A stretch of 24,063 bases of DNA from positions 1 to 24,063 of the IMG/VR virus record IMGVR_UViG_3300017589_000256. One strand, 5' to 3'. Positions 1 to 7,059 of the stretch are shown one piece after another. Source of the DNA: a virus (taxonomy: Duplodnaviria; Caudoviricetes). The position numbers and the translations under genes were made by a program. How positions within the stretch are numbered: position 1 is the first letter of the stretch; each line of letters opens with the position of its first letter. The notes below the pieces were generated by a model. It made no database searches and had not been told where the DNA came from. It saw nothing but the letters and a program-made list of their open reading frames with translations.

Positions 1-747
1 TTATTCATACTTGTATCTTAAAATGTCATTTTTAAAAGATTTATTGCCCGTGTTGGTTGGATTGCTTTTATTGATTTTTGCCATAAAATCCTTTGCATCC
101 ATAAGTGCCTTGCTAGGTAAATCCTTGATTGTGTCTATCATTTCCATAGACTTTGATTTTATATCCGATATTGGTGAGGTGTTTTCTAACCCCATAATAT
201 TCGATTTATTAGGAGCAGTAGCTCTTGCACCCTTAACGTCAAATGAAGGGTTGAACGCATAGAAATTTTTTGAATCAAGCTGTTCTTGCGTGATTCTCAA
301 AGCCTCTCCAAACCTTTGGAAATGCACAACTTCTCTTGCCCTCAAAAACTTTATTGGATCTCGCACTTCTTGGTCGTCAACTAACCTTAGAATATTATCG
401 TAAGTAGTTCGTGCCTTTTGCTCAGCTGCTAAGTCCTCTGTTAAGTCTGTGATTGGGTCGCCTTTAGATTGAAAGTATGTTGCGGTGAAAGCAGGTCCAG
501 ATGCAGCCACAGGATATAGTCCTGTTGTATGGTCTACATAATATGCGTCAAATCCACTTTTCTTAATCTCTTCAATAGACATATTCCGAGTTAGCTGATA
601 GACTATTGCGCAAATCATCTCCATATGCCCCAGTTCTTCTGTACCTACGTCATTAAGCACACCTTTTACTTGACTATTCGGTGCTGTATATCGCTGGCTT
701 AGATAGCGCATTGCCGCACCAAGTTCCCCGTCTGGTCCTCCAAATTG
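1..747 (-). CDS. cotJC: 3' portion of a manganese catalase / spore coat protein CotJC-family gene, interrupted by the prophage (N-terminal ~25-30 codons absent from window)
   Basis: The frame upstream of the Met at 711 reads QFGGPDGELGAAMRYLSQRY (747-), followed by Mn-catalase motifs DVGTEELGHMEM, EDLAAEQKAR and FLRAREVVHFQRFGEAL. Above 747 it becomes unrelated (NYLLF) and meets the integrase stop at 763-765. Confidence 0.9.
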   Translation of the reverse strand, partial: QFGGPDGELGAAMRYLSQRYTAPNSQVKGVLNDVGTEELGHMEMICAIVYQLTRNMSIEEIKKSGFDAYYVDHTTGLYPVAASGPAFTATYFQSKGDPITDLTEDLAAEQKARTTYDNILRLVDDQEVRDPIKFLRAREVVHFQRFGEALRITQEQLDSKNFYAFNPSFDVKGARATAPNKSNIMGLENTSPISDIKSKSMEMIDTIKDLPSKALMDAKDFMAKINKSNPTNTGNKSFKNDILRYKYE

Positions 748-775
748 AAAAAGTAGGTAATTTTAAGCGTAATAA
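735..775. other. Prophage-host junction (hybrid att site); crossover probably near 745-750
   Basis: CotJC similarity ends at codon 745-747, directly beside the 3' end of the serine recombinase. The exact crossover needs the other junction. Confidence 0.7.
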
Positions 776-2181
776 AAAATCTTGACGGAACAACTGCTTC
801 TATCAAAAATAATTTTCTCTATGAAACTACGTAAAAGCTTGTTTTTCTCTGATTGTGAAACTTTATCGTTCTTTACCGACTTAAGTGTATTTTTATGTTT
901 TTCTATGAAATCTTTTTTGAATTGTGCATCATCAATTGGATTTAATGGTTTTTTAGCTTCAAGATGTTTGATTGTTTCTGTTATTTTAGATTTATTGCTT
1001 TTGTATTCTTCAAGTGAATCTATGCCATCTTCATAAGCTAATTTCACCCTCTGCAGTTTATGATATTCTTTTTTTATTAGATCATCACTATTTGATGAGT
1101 GATTAGACTGTTCTTTTCTATTCAATTCAAAATTTCCAGTTGCTAAACTATATTCAATAATTGAAATAACTAATTTTTCAATTTTAGTCATTGAAATATA
1201 GTGAGAAACATTGCACTTTGATTTTGCATAGCTATGGCATTGCAATCCTTGTGATGTTGATTTGCATAAGGTTGACCCACAGTTAGAGCATTTAACAAGA
1301 CCTTGTAACATAAAAGCATTTGGTGGGTTAACTCTAGCATTCTTAGCATACATTATTTTTGTTTTATCTAATTTCATTTGTGCTTGCTCCCATATTTGTT
1401 TTTCAATAATCGGTTTATGAGTTCCCTTTACTATCATTAAGTCAGGATGATTAAAGTCATAATACGTTCGCTCAGTAGGATTCCATCTTATTTTACCGAC
1501 ATAAACAGGATTTCGCAGTGTATACTCAACTGTGCGATTCTCAAATAGATTGCCCCTACGTGTCTTTAACCCAGTTGCATTAAGTTTAGTAGCAATTTCT
1601 CTACATCCTAAACCACCCAAGAATTCATTAAATATCATTTGAACAATTGGTGCAGTTTCTTCGTTAATCACATATTGTTTATTTAGAACATCATATCCGA
1701 GAACAGGACCAGCAACAACACCACCTCGACTTGCTTTTTCCGTCATGCCTCGTTTTACTTCCTCAGCTAAGTTGATGCTGTAATACTCGTCCATAGCTTC
1801 AATAAGTGCCTCTATGAGAATAGACATCTTGTCATCACCAATATTTTCGCTAATTGAAATAACGTCGATACCTAGTTGTTTTCGAAGCATTGATTTGTAA
1901 AGTATGCTGTCTTCTCTGTTTCGTGCGAAACGTGAAAACTTCCAAACTAAAATACAATCAAAAGGTTTTGGCTTAGACTTAGCAACACCTATCATTTTAT
2001 TAAATCCAACCCGCTTTTTTGTGTTTTTCCCACTGATACCTTCATCAGAAAAAACAAACTCATTAGGCACTATCATGTCATTGCGCTTTGCATATTCTCT
2101 TATTTGCTTTATCTGACTGTCAGGACTAAGCTCCGTTTGATCGTCTGTTGATACACGAATATATGCTGCTGCAATTTTCAT
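763..2181 (-). CDS. Large serine recombinase (phage integrase, SpoIVCA/CisA-like family)
   Basis: Catalytic YIRVST motif, DEGISG and SRFARN resolvase motifs, recombinase domain (GYD...LRNPVYVG), zinc ribbon LVKCSNCG..C..C and coiled coil; 472 aa; RBS GAGGTG. Confidence 0.95.
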   Translation of the reverse strand: MKIAAAYIRVSTDDQTELSPDSQIKQIREYAKRNDMIVPNEFVFSDEGISGKNTKKRVGFNKMIGVAKSKPKPFDCILVWKFSRFARNREDSILYKSMLRKQLGIDVISISENIGDDKMSILIEALIEAMDEYYSINLAEEVKRGMTEKASRGGVVAGPVLGYDVLNKQYVINEETAPIVQMIFNEFLGGLGCREIATKLNATGLKTRRGNLFENRTVEYTLRNPVYVGKIRWNPTERTYYDFNHPDLMIVKGTHKPIIEKQIWEQAQMKLDKTKIMYAKNARVNPPNAFMLQGLVKCSNCGSTLCKSTSQGLQCHSYAKSKCNVSHYISMTKIEKLVISIIEYSLATGNFELNRKEQSNHSSNSDDLIKKEYHKLQRVKLAYEDGIDSLEEYKSNKSKITETIKHLEAKKPLNPIDDAQFKKDFIEKHKNTLKSVKNDKVSQSEKNKLLRSFIEKIIFDRSSCSVKIFYYA

Positions 2182-2211
2182 TTTAACACCTCACATCTTT
2201 TATGTTATTAT

Positions 2212-2233
2212 GCCCCACTATCACTGGTGGGGC
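2212..2233. terminator. GC-rich stem-loop upstream of the integrase
   Basis: GCCCCAC-TATCACTG-GTGGGGC followed on + by TATTTATT; near copy of the hairpin at 2557-2578. Confidence 0.6.
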
Positions 2234-2242
2234 TATTTATTA

Positions 2243-2503
2243 TTAAGACTTTTGTTTTATCTCAACTAGTGTTTGCACTATATCACTGATTCCAATAAAT
2301 AAAAAACCTGTTATAAAGGAAACGACTACTGATGTTAGAAACACTTTCCACGAGAAAACCGTTTCTTCAATGTATTTGATATTTTCTAAATAAGAAGAAC
2401 TAGAATCAACCACTTGTATTTTTGATATAGCTAAAAATATTCCTAATAATACCCCAATTATTATTATACCTATCCCTATTTTTTTATAAGTTGATGCATA
2501 CAT
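2243..2503 (-). CDS. Small membrane protein (2 predicted TM segments), lysogeny module
   Basis: Hydrophobic stretches IGIGIIIIGVLLGIFLAI and VFLTSVVVSFITGFLFIGI; RBS AAGGAG; 86 aa. Confidence 0.8.
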   Translation of the reverse strand: MYASTYKKIGIGIIIIGVLLGIFLAISKIQVVDSSSSYLENIKYIEETVFSWKVFLTSVVVSFITGFLFIGISDIVQTLVEIKQKS

Positions 2504-2556
2504 TTTGTCAATCTCCTTTGTTTTTTCGAGTTATTCTAAAAGCCATTTATATTGTA

Positions 2557-2586
2557 ACCCCACTATTGCTAGTGGGGTATTTTTTT
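2557..2586 (+). terminator. Stem-loop with T-tract on + strand (antisense to surrounding genes)
   Basis: ACCCCACTA-TTGC-TAGTGGGGT followed by ATTTTTTT. Confidence 0.6.
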
Positions 2587-3655
2587 ATATGTATCGATTT
2601 AAAACACTAATAAGTTGTTCTTTATATTGATTTATATCATAAATATTTTCAAGGGTGTATTTGACATCTTTTTTATTTTCGTCTGGTAAAATTAATAGCT
2701 TTTTATTTGTTGAAAGCACAAGTCTACATATCCAATTTGTAACTTTATTTTTATAGGTTATTGATAGATAGCTTTCAGTATCTTTATAAAAAATATCATC
2801 AAGATTAACTACTTCTTTTAAAATATTTTTAACAATAAAAAATCCTTCAAGTTCATCATTGGTAGTTATAATCTTTGATATTTGATTTATTTCTACTGGT
2901 TGCTCCTCATCAGCAGCCGAATCTGCACTAACACTTTGTTCTTTTTCTACACCAAGTGCAGATTTTATTTTGTCATTCATAAGTTCGCTTATATAATTAT
3001 TCAACGACTTTTTTATGATTGGTCTGAATCTATCAATTACAGATTGTGTTTTCACACCATCATAAACAGAAGATAGAAAGAATCTAACTAAATCGTCATT
3101 AGGTTGTTGTAGTTGTTCAGCAAATGCGGTTTTGAATTCATATGAATATTTTAATTCGGAAGCAGTATCTAGTATCTCATTAACATCAAAATTAGATTTA
3201 TGAAATTTTTTGAGTTCAGCAACTTGGCTCTCTTTTATATCAAGAATATTAACTTCTAAAAAAGGTTTATCATCCATTTTGTTTTTTTCTTGAAGGTCTG
3301 TATAAAATCTAAAATATTGTCCATTGGTTAGAATGGCAAACTTTGCAGATGATGTCCCAAAGTATCTAAACAATTGTGAATCATGCTTCTGTAGATTTTC
3401 TCCGATCCATTTTGCCTCGATTAAAATTACAGGCTCACCGTTGTTGAGAATAGCATAGTCAACCTTTTCACCTTTTTTAATGCCAACATCCGCAGTGAAT
3501 TCTGGGATAAACTCATCGGGATTAAAGACATCATATCCTAGCATTGCAAAGAAAGGCATAATAATTGATGTTTTTGTTGACTCCTCTGTTTGGATACTGT
3601 CTTTTAATTTCTCTACTCTCTTCGAGAATTGTTTGATTTGGTCAATAAAATCCAT
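2585..3655 (-). CDS. HsdR N-terminal-like PD-(D/E)xK nuclease-domain protein (stand-alone, prophage-associated)
   Basis: EESTKTSIIMPF..LGYDVFNP, KVDYAI...ILIEAK, QLFRYF and ILTNG motifs typical of HSDR_N; no helicase motifs; 356 aa. Confidence 0.85.
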   Translation of the reverse strand: MDFIDQIKQFSKRVEKLKDSIQTEESTKTSIIMPFFAMLGYDVFNPDEFIPEFTADVGIKKGEKVDYAILNNGEPVILIEAKWIGENLQKHDSQLFRYFGTSSAKFAILTNGQYFRFYTDLQEKNKMDDKPFLEVNILDIKESQVAELKKFHKSNFDVNEILDTASELKYSYEFKTAFAEQLQQPNDDLVRFFLSSVYDGVKTQSVIDRFRPIIKKSLNNYISELMNDKIKSALGVEKEQSVSADSAADEEQPVEINQISKIITTNDELEGFFIVKNILKEVVNLDDIFYKDTESYLSITYKNKVTNWICRLVLSTNKKLLILPDENKKDVKYTLENIYDINQYKEQLISVLNRYI

Positions 3656-3717
3656 TCCGTCACGTCCTTAAAAATATTCTCTCAAAGTCCCCATACATAA
3701 TGATTTTATATCTTTAT

Positions 3718-4326
3718 CTAAAATTTCGCTCTAAGCTCTACAACCTTGCCAAGGCATATTATAGGAAATTCCTCAACCTCTTTGTTGGTATAGAACATGG
3801 GTGCATATGCTTGGTTTAAAGCTATTAGGCTTATACCATTATCATGACGCATAAACTTTTTAATAGTAGCACTGTCGCCATTGACAAGCATAATTGCAAT
3901 GTTCCCACTGTCAACAGTTGTCTGTTGTCTAACAATAACAACATCACCTTGTGAGAATTTCGGTTCCATACTATCTCCACGAACTTGCAAAGCAAAAAAA
4001 TCACCTTGAGCTGCCATTTGCTCGTCAATTTCTTCATAGTCAATTATGTCTTCAATTGCCTCAATAGGTATTCCAGCTTGTACTTCACCGAGTACAGGTA
4101 TTCTTATACCCCTTACTTTGGGTTTATGTTGTTTATCAGCCCCGAGCAGGTAGTCAGTTGATACATTAAAGTAGTTTGCAAGCTGAGTAATTGCATCAGT
4201 TGGCGGAATTCGTTGACCAGTTTCGTAATGATTATAAGCTTGCCTTGAAACATTAAGAATTTTAGCCATATGGGCTTGCGTCAACCCTTTTTCTTTTCTA
4301 ATTAAAAACAATCTATCTTTTAACAT
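3718..4326 (-). CDS. CI/LexA-type repressor (XRE HTH + S24 autopeptidase), 202 aa
   Basis: HTH LTQAHMAKILNVSRQAYNHYETG; A-G cleavage site VQAGIP; catalytic GDSM and TIKK. Start moved from 4461 to ATG 4326, which has RBS AAGGTGG. Confidence 0.95.
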   Translation of the reverse strand: MLKDRLFLIRKEKGLTQAHMAKILNVSRQAYNHYETGQRIPPTDAITQLANYFNVSTDYLLGADKQHKPKVRGIRIPVLGEVQAGIPIEAIEDIIDYEEIDEQMAAQGDFFALQVRGDSMEPKFSQGDVVIVRQQTTVDSGNIAIMLVNGDSATIKKFMRHDNGISLIALNQAYAPMFYTNKEVEEFPIICLGKVVELRAKF

Positions 4327-4347
4327 ATAATCAACCACCTTACTAAC

Positions 4348-4377
4348 ATAATACAGCAACATATAGTTGCATTGCAA
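4348..4377 (-). promoter_or_regulatory. Putative leftward (cI) promoter containing operator O1
   Basis: Minus strand TTGCAA-18 nt-TATTAT; palindrome GCAAC-ATATA-GTTGC (4356-4370) lies in the spacer. Confidence 0.55.
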
Positions 4378-4414
4378 CAATAGCAACAAAGAGTAAACAT
4401 TTTTTAAAAAACTA

Positions 4415-4472
4415 TTGACAACGCTACTCATAGTTGCTATAATACGAATTAACAAGTGCAACTATGAGTAGC
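4415..4472 (+). promoter_or_regulatory. Lytic sigma-A promoter with operators O2 and O3
   Basis: Perfect TTGACA (4415-4420)-17 nt-TATAAT (4438-4443). GCTACTCATAGTTGC (4423-4437) sits in the spacer and its exact reverse complement GCAACTATGAGTAGC is at 4458-4472. Confidence 0.9.
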
Positions 4473-4495
4473 ATGTAGAAAGAAGGGGTGTGGAT

Positions 4496-4702
4496 ATGCG
4501 CAACTATTTAAAAAAATTGCGACTTACATTTAAGTTAACGCAAGAGCAAGTTGCAGAGAAACTGCTATGCACAAGACAATACTACAATTTGATCGAAAAT
4601 GGATATCGTCAAAATAATATGGATGTTAACACAGCAATGAAACTTGCTGATATTTTCAAAGTGCCAATTACCTTTATTTTAGAAGAGGAGCAAAAGCTTT
4701 AA
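4496..4702 (+). CDS. Cro-like XRE HTH regulator
   Basis: LTQEQVAEKLLCTRQYYNLIENG HTH; divergent from cI; RBS AGAAGGGG 7 nt before ATG 4496 (alternative GTG at 4490). Confidence 0.9.
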   Translation: MRNYLKKLRLTFKLTQEQVAEKLLCTRQYYNLIENGYRQNNMDVNTAMKLADIFKVPITFILEEEQKL

Positions 4703-4759
4703 TACATATCTAAACCCTAACCACTAAGTATAGTATAACCGGAAAGAGAGGTAACAACA

Positions 4760-5200
4760 ATGTGTAAAGAATACAGAAACATATACCAAATTGCTAGAAA
4801 TGCTAAAGGTATAACCCAAGAAAAAGCATCAGAACTACTTAATGTATCAATTGAAAGCTTGAGAGCATATGAAAGTAGTCGAACACCTGTACCGAACCAA
4901 GTTGCAGCTGATATGACAATGATATATGGAGTAGAACATCTTGCAATGCAACATATCAGAGAAAACCCAGTAGGAAAAATGGTTTTCCCGTCTTTTTCTG
5001 AAAACGTTGATTGTTCAAAGGCTATTTTAAACCTATTAAAAGAAGTTAATGATGTTGTTCAATGTCGAGATGAATTAATTTCAATTGGAGCAGATGGCAT
5101 TATTGACGAAAGCGAGCGTGCAAGCTTTGAGCGAATTATTAAAGAACTTGACGAACTTAAAACAGCAATAATGGAATTACAGTATTCCAAAAAGGCATAG
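4760..5200 (+). CDS. XRE HTH protein with helical C-terminal domain (phage regulatory protein)
   Basis: ITQEKASELLNVSIESLRAYES HTH; C-terminal ADGIIDESE motif seen in CII/CP76-like phage regulators; RBS GAGAGG. Confidence 0.8.
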   Translation: MCKEYRNIYQIARNAKGITQEKASELLNVSIESLRAYESSRTPVPNQVAADMTMIYGVEHLAMQHIRENPVGKMVFPSFSENVDCSKAILNLLKEVNDVVQCRDELISIGADGIIDESERASFERIIKELDELKTAIMELQYSKKA

Positions 5201-5245
5201 GACAAATTTATCAAAACATATCTATTTATAAAAGGGGGCGCTATT

Positions 5246-5470
5246 ATGGCTAAGCACAATCAGCCGTTTACAGGATATGCCTATATGACAATGCCCGATG
5301 GTACGGAATTATTAATGACTAAAATTGAAAATGTCGGGCTACCCAATCAAAAGGTTACTCACTACATCACAGAAGAACAACGTGAAGAGTTTAGCCGAAA
5401 GATGATGAAAAACGTAGGCGAAGTGATGAGCGAATATTATTCCCAACAGGAACGAATAAATCAAATTTAA
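5246..5470 (+). CDS. Hypothetical phage protein, 74 aa
   Basis: RBS AAGGGGG; co-oriented in early operon. Confidence 0.7.
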   Translation: MAKHNQPFTGYAYMTMPDGTELLMTKIENVGLPNQKVTHYITEEQREEFSRKMMKNVGEVMSEYYSQQERINQI

Positions 5471-5479
5471 ATCAAAACA

Positions 5480-5702
5480 AAGGACGTGAAAAAATGTTTG
5501 AGAAGTTAATGAAAGAAATTGAGTATGCTAAAACCTCGATCATGCCACGACAAAATCTATTTGAAACTTACGGTCGCATCACTATGGCTCGTGAGCTGAA
5601 TGCGATTAGTAAAAAAGAGTATTTTAAATTAAACAATGAGTGCGTTTGTAAAGGGATAAACAACCCACAATATTTTAATTAAGGATGTGAAAAAATGTTT
5701 GA
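5480..5702 (+). repeat. 22-nt direct repeat spanning RBS and first codons of two adjacent genes
   Basis: AAGGACGTGAAAAAATGTTTGA (5480-5501) vs AAGGATGTGAAAAAATGTTTGA (5681-5702), 21/22 identical. Confidence 0.85.
5494..5682 (+). CDS. Hypothetical phage protein, 62 aa
   Basis: RBS AAGGA; flanked by a 22-nt direct repeat. Confidence 0.7.
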   Translation: MFEKLMKEIEYAKTSIMPRQNLFETYGRITMARELNAISKKEYFKLNNECVCKGINNPQYFN

Positions 5703-5805
5703 ACAAGTATTTGGGTTATTGCTAATTAGTTCATTGTGTCTATGGTTTGGTATTGGTGGATATATTGTGGACAAGCAATGTGAAAAAGAGGAGGACCAGC
5801 AATAA
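5695..5805 (+). CDS. 36-aa single-TM peptide (not in ORF track)
   Basis: MFEQVFGLLLISSLCLWFGIGGYIVDKQCEKEEDQQ*; same RBS/start context as the 5494 gene. Confidence 0.65.
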   Translation: MFEQVFGLLLISSLCLWFGIGGYIVDKQCEKEEDQQ

Positions 5806-5833
5806 TGAAAACGAATAGAGAGCAGGTGACACA

Positions 5834-6094
5834 ATGCTAAGGGAAAAGCCACCAGCACCAACCCCAGATATGTTTCTTCATAATAACCCTTATGGGTTTA
5901 AGCTGAACGTATACCATGATGATTTAAAGGCTGCATACGAAAGATACAAAAATAGCAAAGGTCTTTCAAGGGTATACCCTGTCGGAGATGCAGAGCGGAT
6001 AGAATTTGAGAATTACATATTTGCCTATTGGGAAAAGAATTATAAATTCACAGGCAATGAAGGGAGGACGATTGAAACAGAAAAAAGCACTTAA
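5834..6094 (+). CDS. Hypothetical phage protein, 86 aa
   Basis: RBS AGGTG; co-oriented in early operon. Confidence 0.7.
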   Translation: MLREKPPAPTPDMFLHNNPYGFKLNVYHDDLKAAYERYKNSKGLSRVYPVGDAERIEFENYIFAYWEKNYKFTGNEGRTIETEKST

Positions 6095-6157
6095 TAATTC
6101 CCCATGTACAAGGAAAAATTAAGTGCTTTCATTTACATAAAAGTAAGTAAAGATGAT
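6081..6157 (-). ncRNA. Predicted ~77-nt antisense RNA upstream of the rep-like gene
   Basis: Minus-strand promoter TTGACT (6192-6187)-17 nt-TAAAAT (6169-6164), then hairpin GCACTTAAT...ATTAAGTGC (6126-6087) with a U6 tail (6086-6081). The 5' end is estimated. Confidence 0.55.
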
Positions 6158-6288
6158 ACTTATATTTTACTCTTATGTAATGAAAAAGTCAAGCAAAAGT
6201 TATCTTGAATACCAGATAAAACTAGCCGATTAAAGGCTTCTTAAATCAGCTATAAGGTATTAAGTTTAGACATAGGAAGTGAAAATAT

Positions 6289-7059
6289 ATGTATGAACAA
6301 AGGGAATACACAGCAGGAGATATAAAGGAATTTGAAAAGATACATAGTAAGAAATGTCCTCCTAATATTTATAGGGCAAAAAGAACAAAACCTACACCTG
6401 AGAGTGTAAAAAAATATAATGACATAAAGTCAGAAGATTATCTGAGAAGAAAATTTCACTGTAATTTTGGTGAGGATGATCTACATATTGTCTTAGGGTA
6501 CCCAAAAGGATATCGACCAACACCAGCACAATCAAAAAAAGATTTAAAAGCATTTAAAAATGATATGCGTATAGAATATAAAAAAATGGGTCTGCTTTTT
6601 AAATATATGCATGTTACAGGTTTTTATGATAAAGACGGTATACAGGACAGTGGATATAATGAGCATGACGAAACAACAATACATCATCACATAGTTATGA
6701 ATTCAATCGATTATAGAATAATTACTAGAGTTTGGAAAAAACGTGGTGGGCGAATATGGTTTTTTGCATTAGATGGTGAAGGAGATTATACGGCTCTTGT
6801 AACTTACCTCATAGGGCATACTAAAAATTTATTTAGAGAAGATTGCAGCCCTTGCAAAAAGAAGTGGAGTTGTAGTAGAAATTTAAAAGACCCTCCGCCA
6901 CCAAAAGTGAAGGTAGTTAATGCTTCGGCATGGAGAGAAGAACCTAAACCGATTAAAGGGTACAAGATTGTTACTGATTCTATAAGATACGGAGTAAGCG
7001 AAGTAACTGGATATCCATATCAGTTTTATCGTATGGTGAAAATAAAGCAGCGAAAGTGA
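6289..7059 (+). CDS. HUH-endonuclease / rolling-circle replication initiator-like protein
   Basis: Motif I-like LHIVLGY, motif II IHHHIVMN, motif III-like LVTYLIG, then WSCSRNL; 256 aa; located in the replication slot. Confidence 0.7.
   Translation: MYEQREYTAGDIKEFEKIHSKKCPPNIYRAKRTKPTPESVKKYNDIKSEDYLRRKFHCNFGEDDLHIVLGYPKGYRPTPAQSKKDLKAFKNDMRIEYKKMGLLFKYMHVTGFYDKDGIQDSGYNEHDETTIHHHIVMNSIDYRIITRVWKKRGGRIWFFALDGEGDYTALVTYLIGHTKNLFREDCSPCKKKWSCSRNLKDPPPPKVKVVNASAWREEPKPIKGYKIVTDSIRYGVSEVTGYPYQFYRMVKIKQRK

Noticed and set aside
2182-2242. Sporulation-sigma promoter for the integrase (CATAATA on the minus strand)
   Set aside because: A -10-like word is present but there is no properly spaced -35 for SigE/K/G; too weak to call.
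11-3671. Plus-strand ORFs 11-262, 782-1036, 1904-2116, 2882-3076, 3480-3671
   Set aside because: Antisense shadows of well-supported minus-strand genes, without RBS or recognisable motifs.
4327-4461. 45-aa N-terminal extension of the repressor in the ORF track
   Set aside because: It runs through the promoters and operators; the RBS supports ATG 4326.
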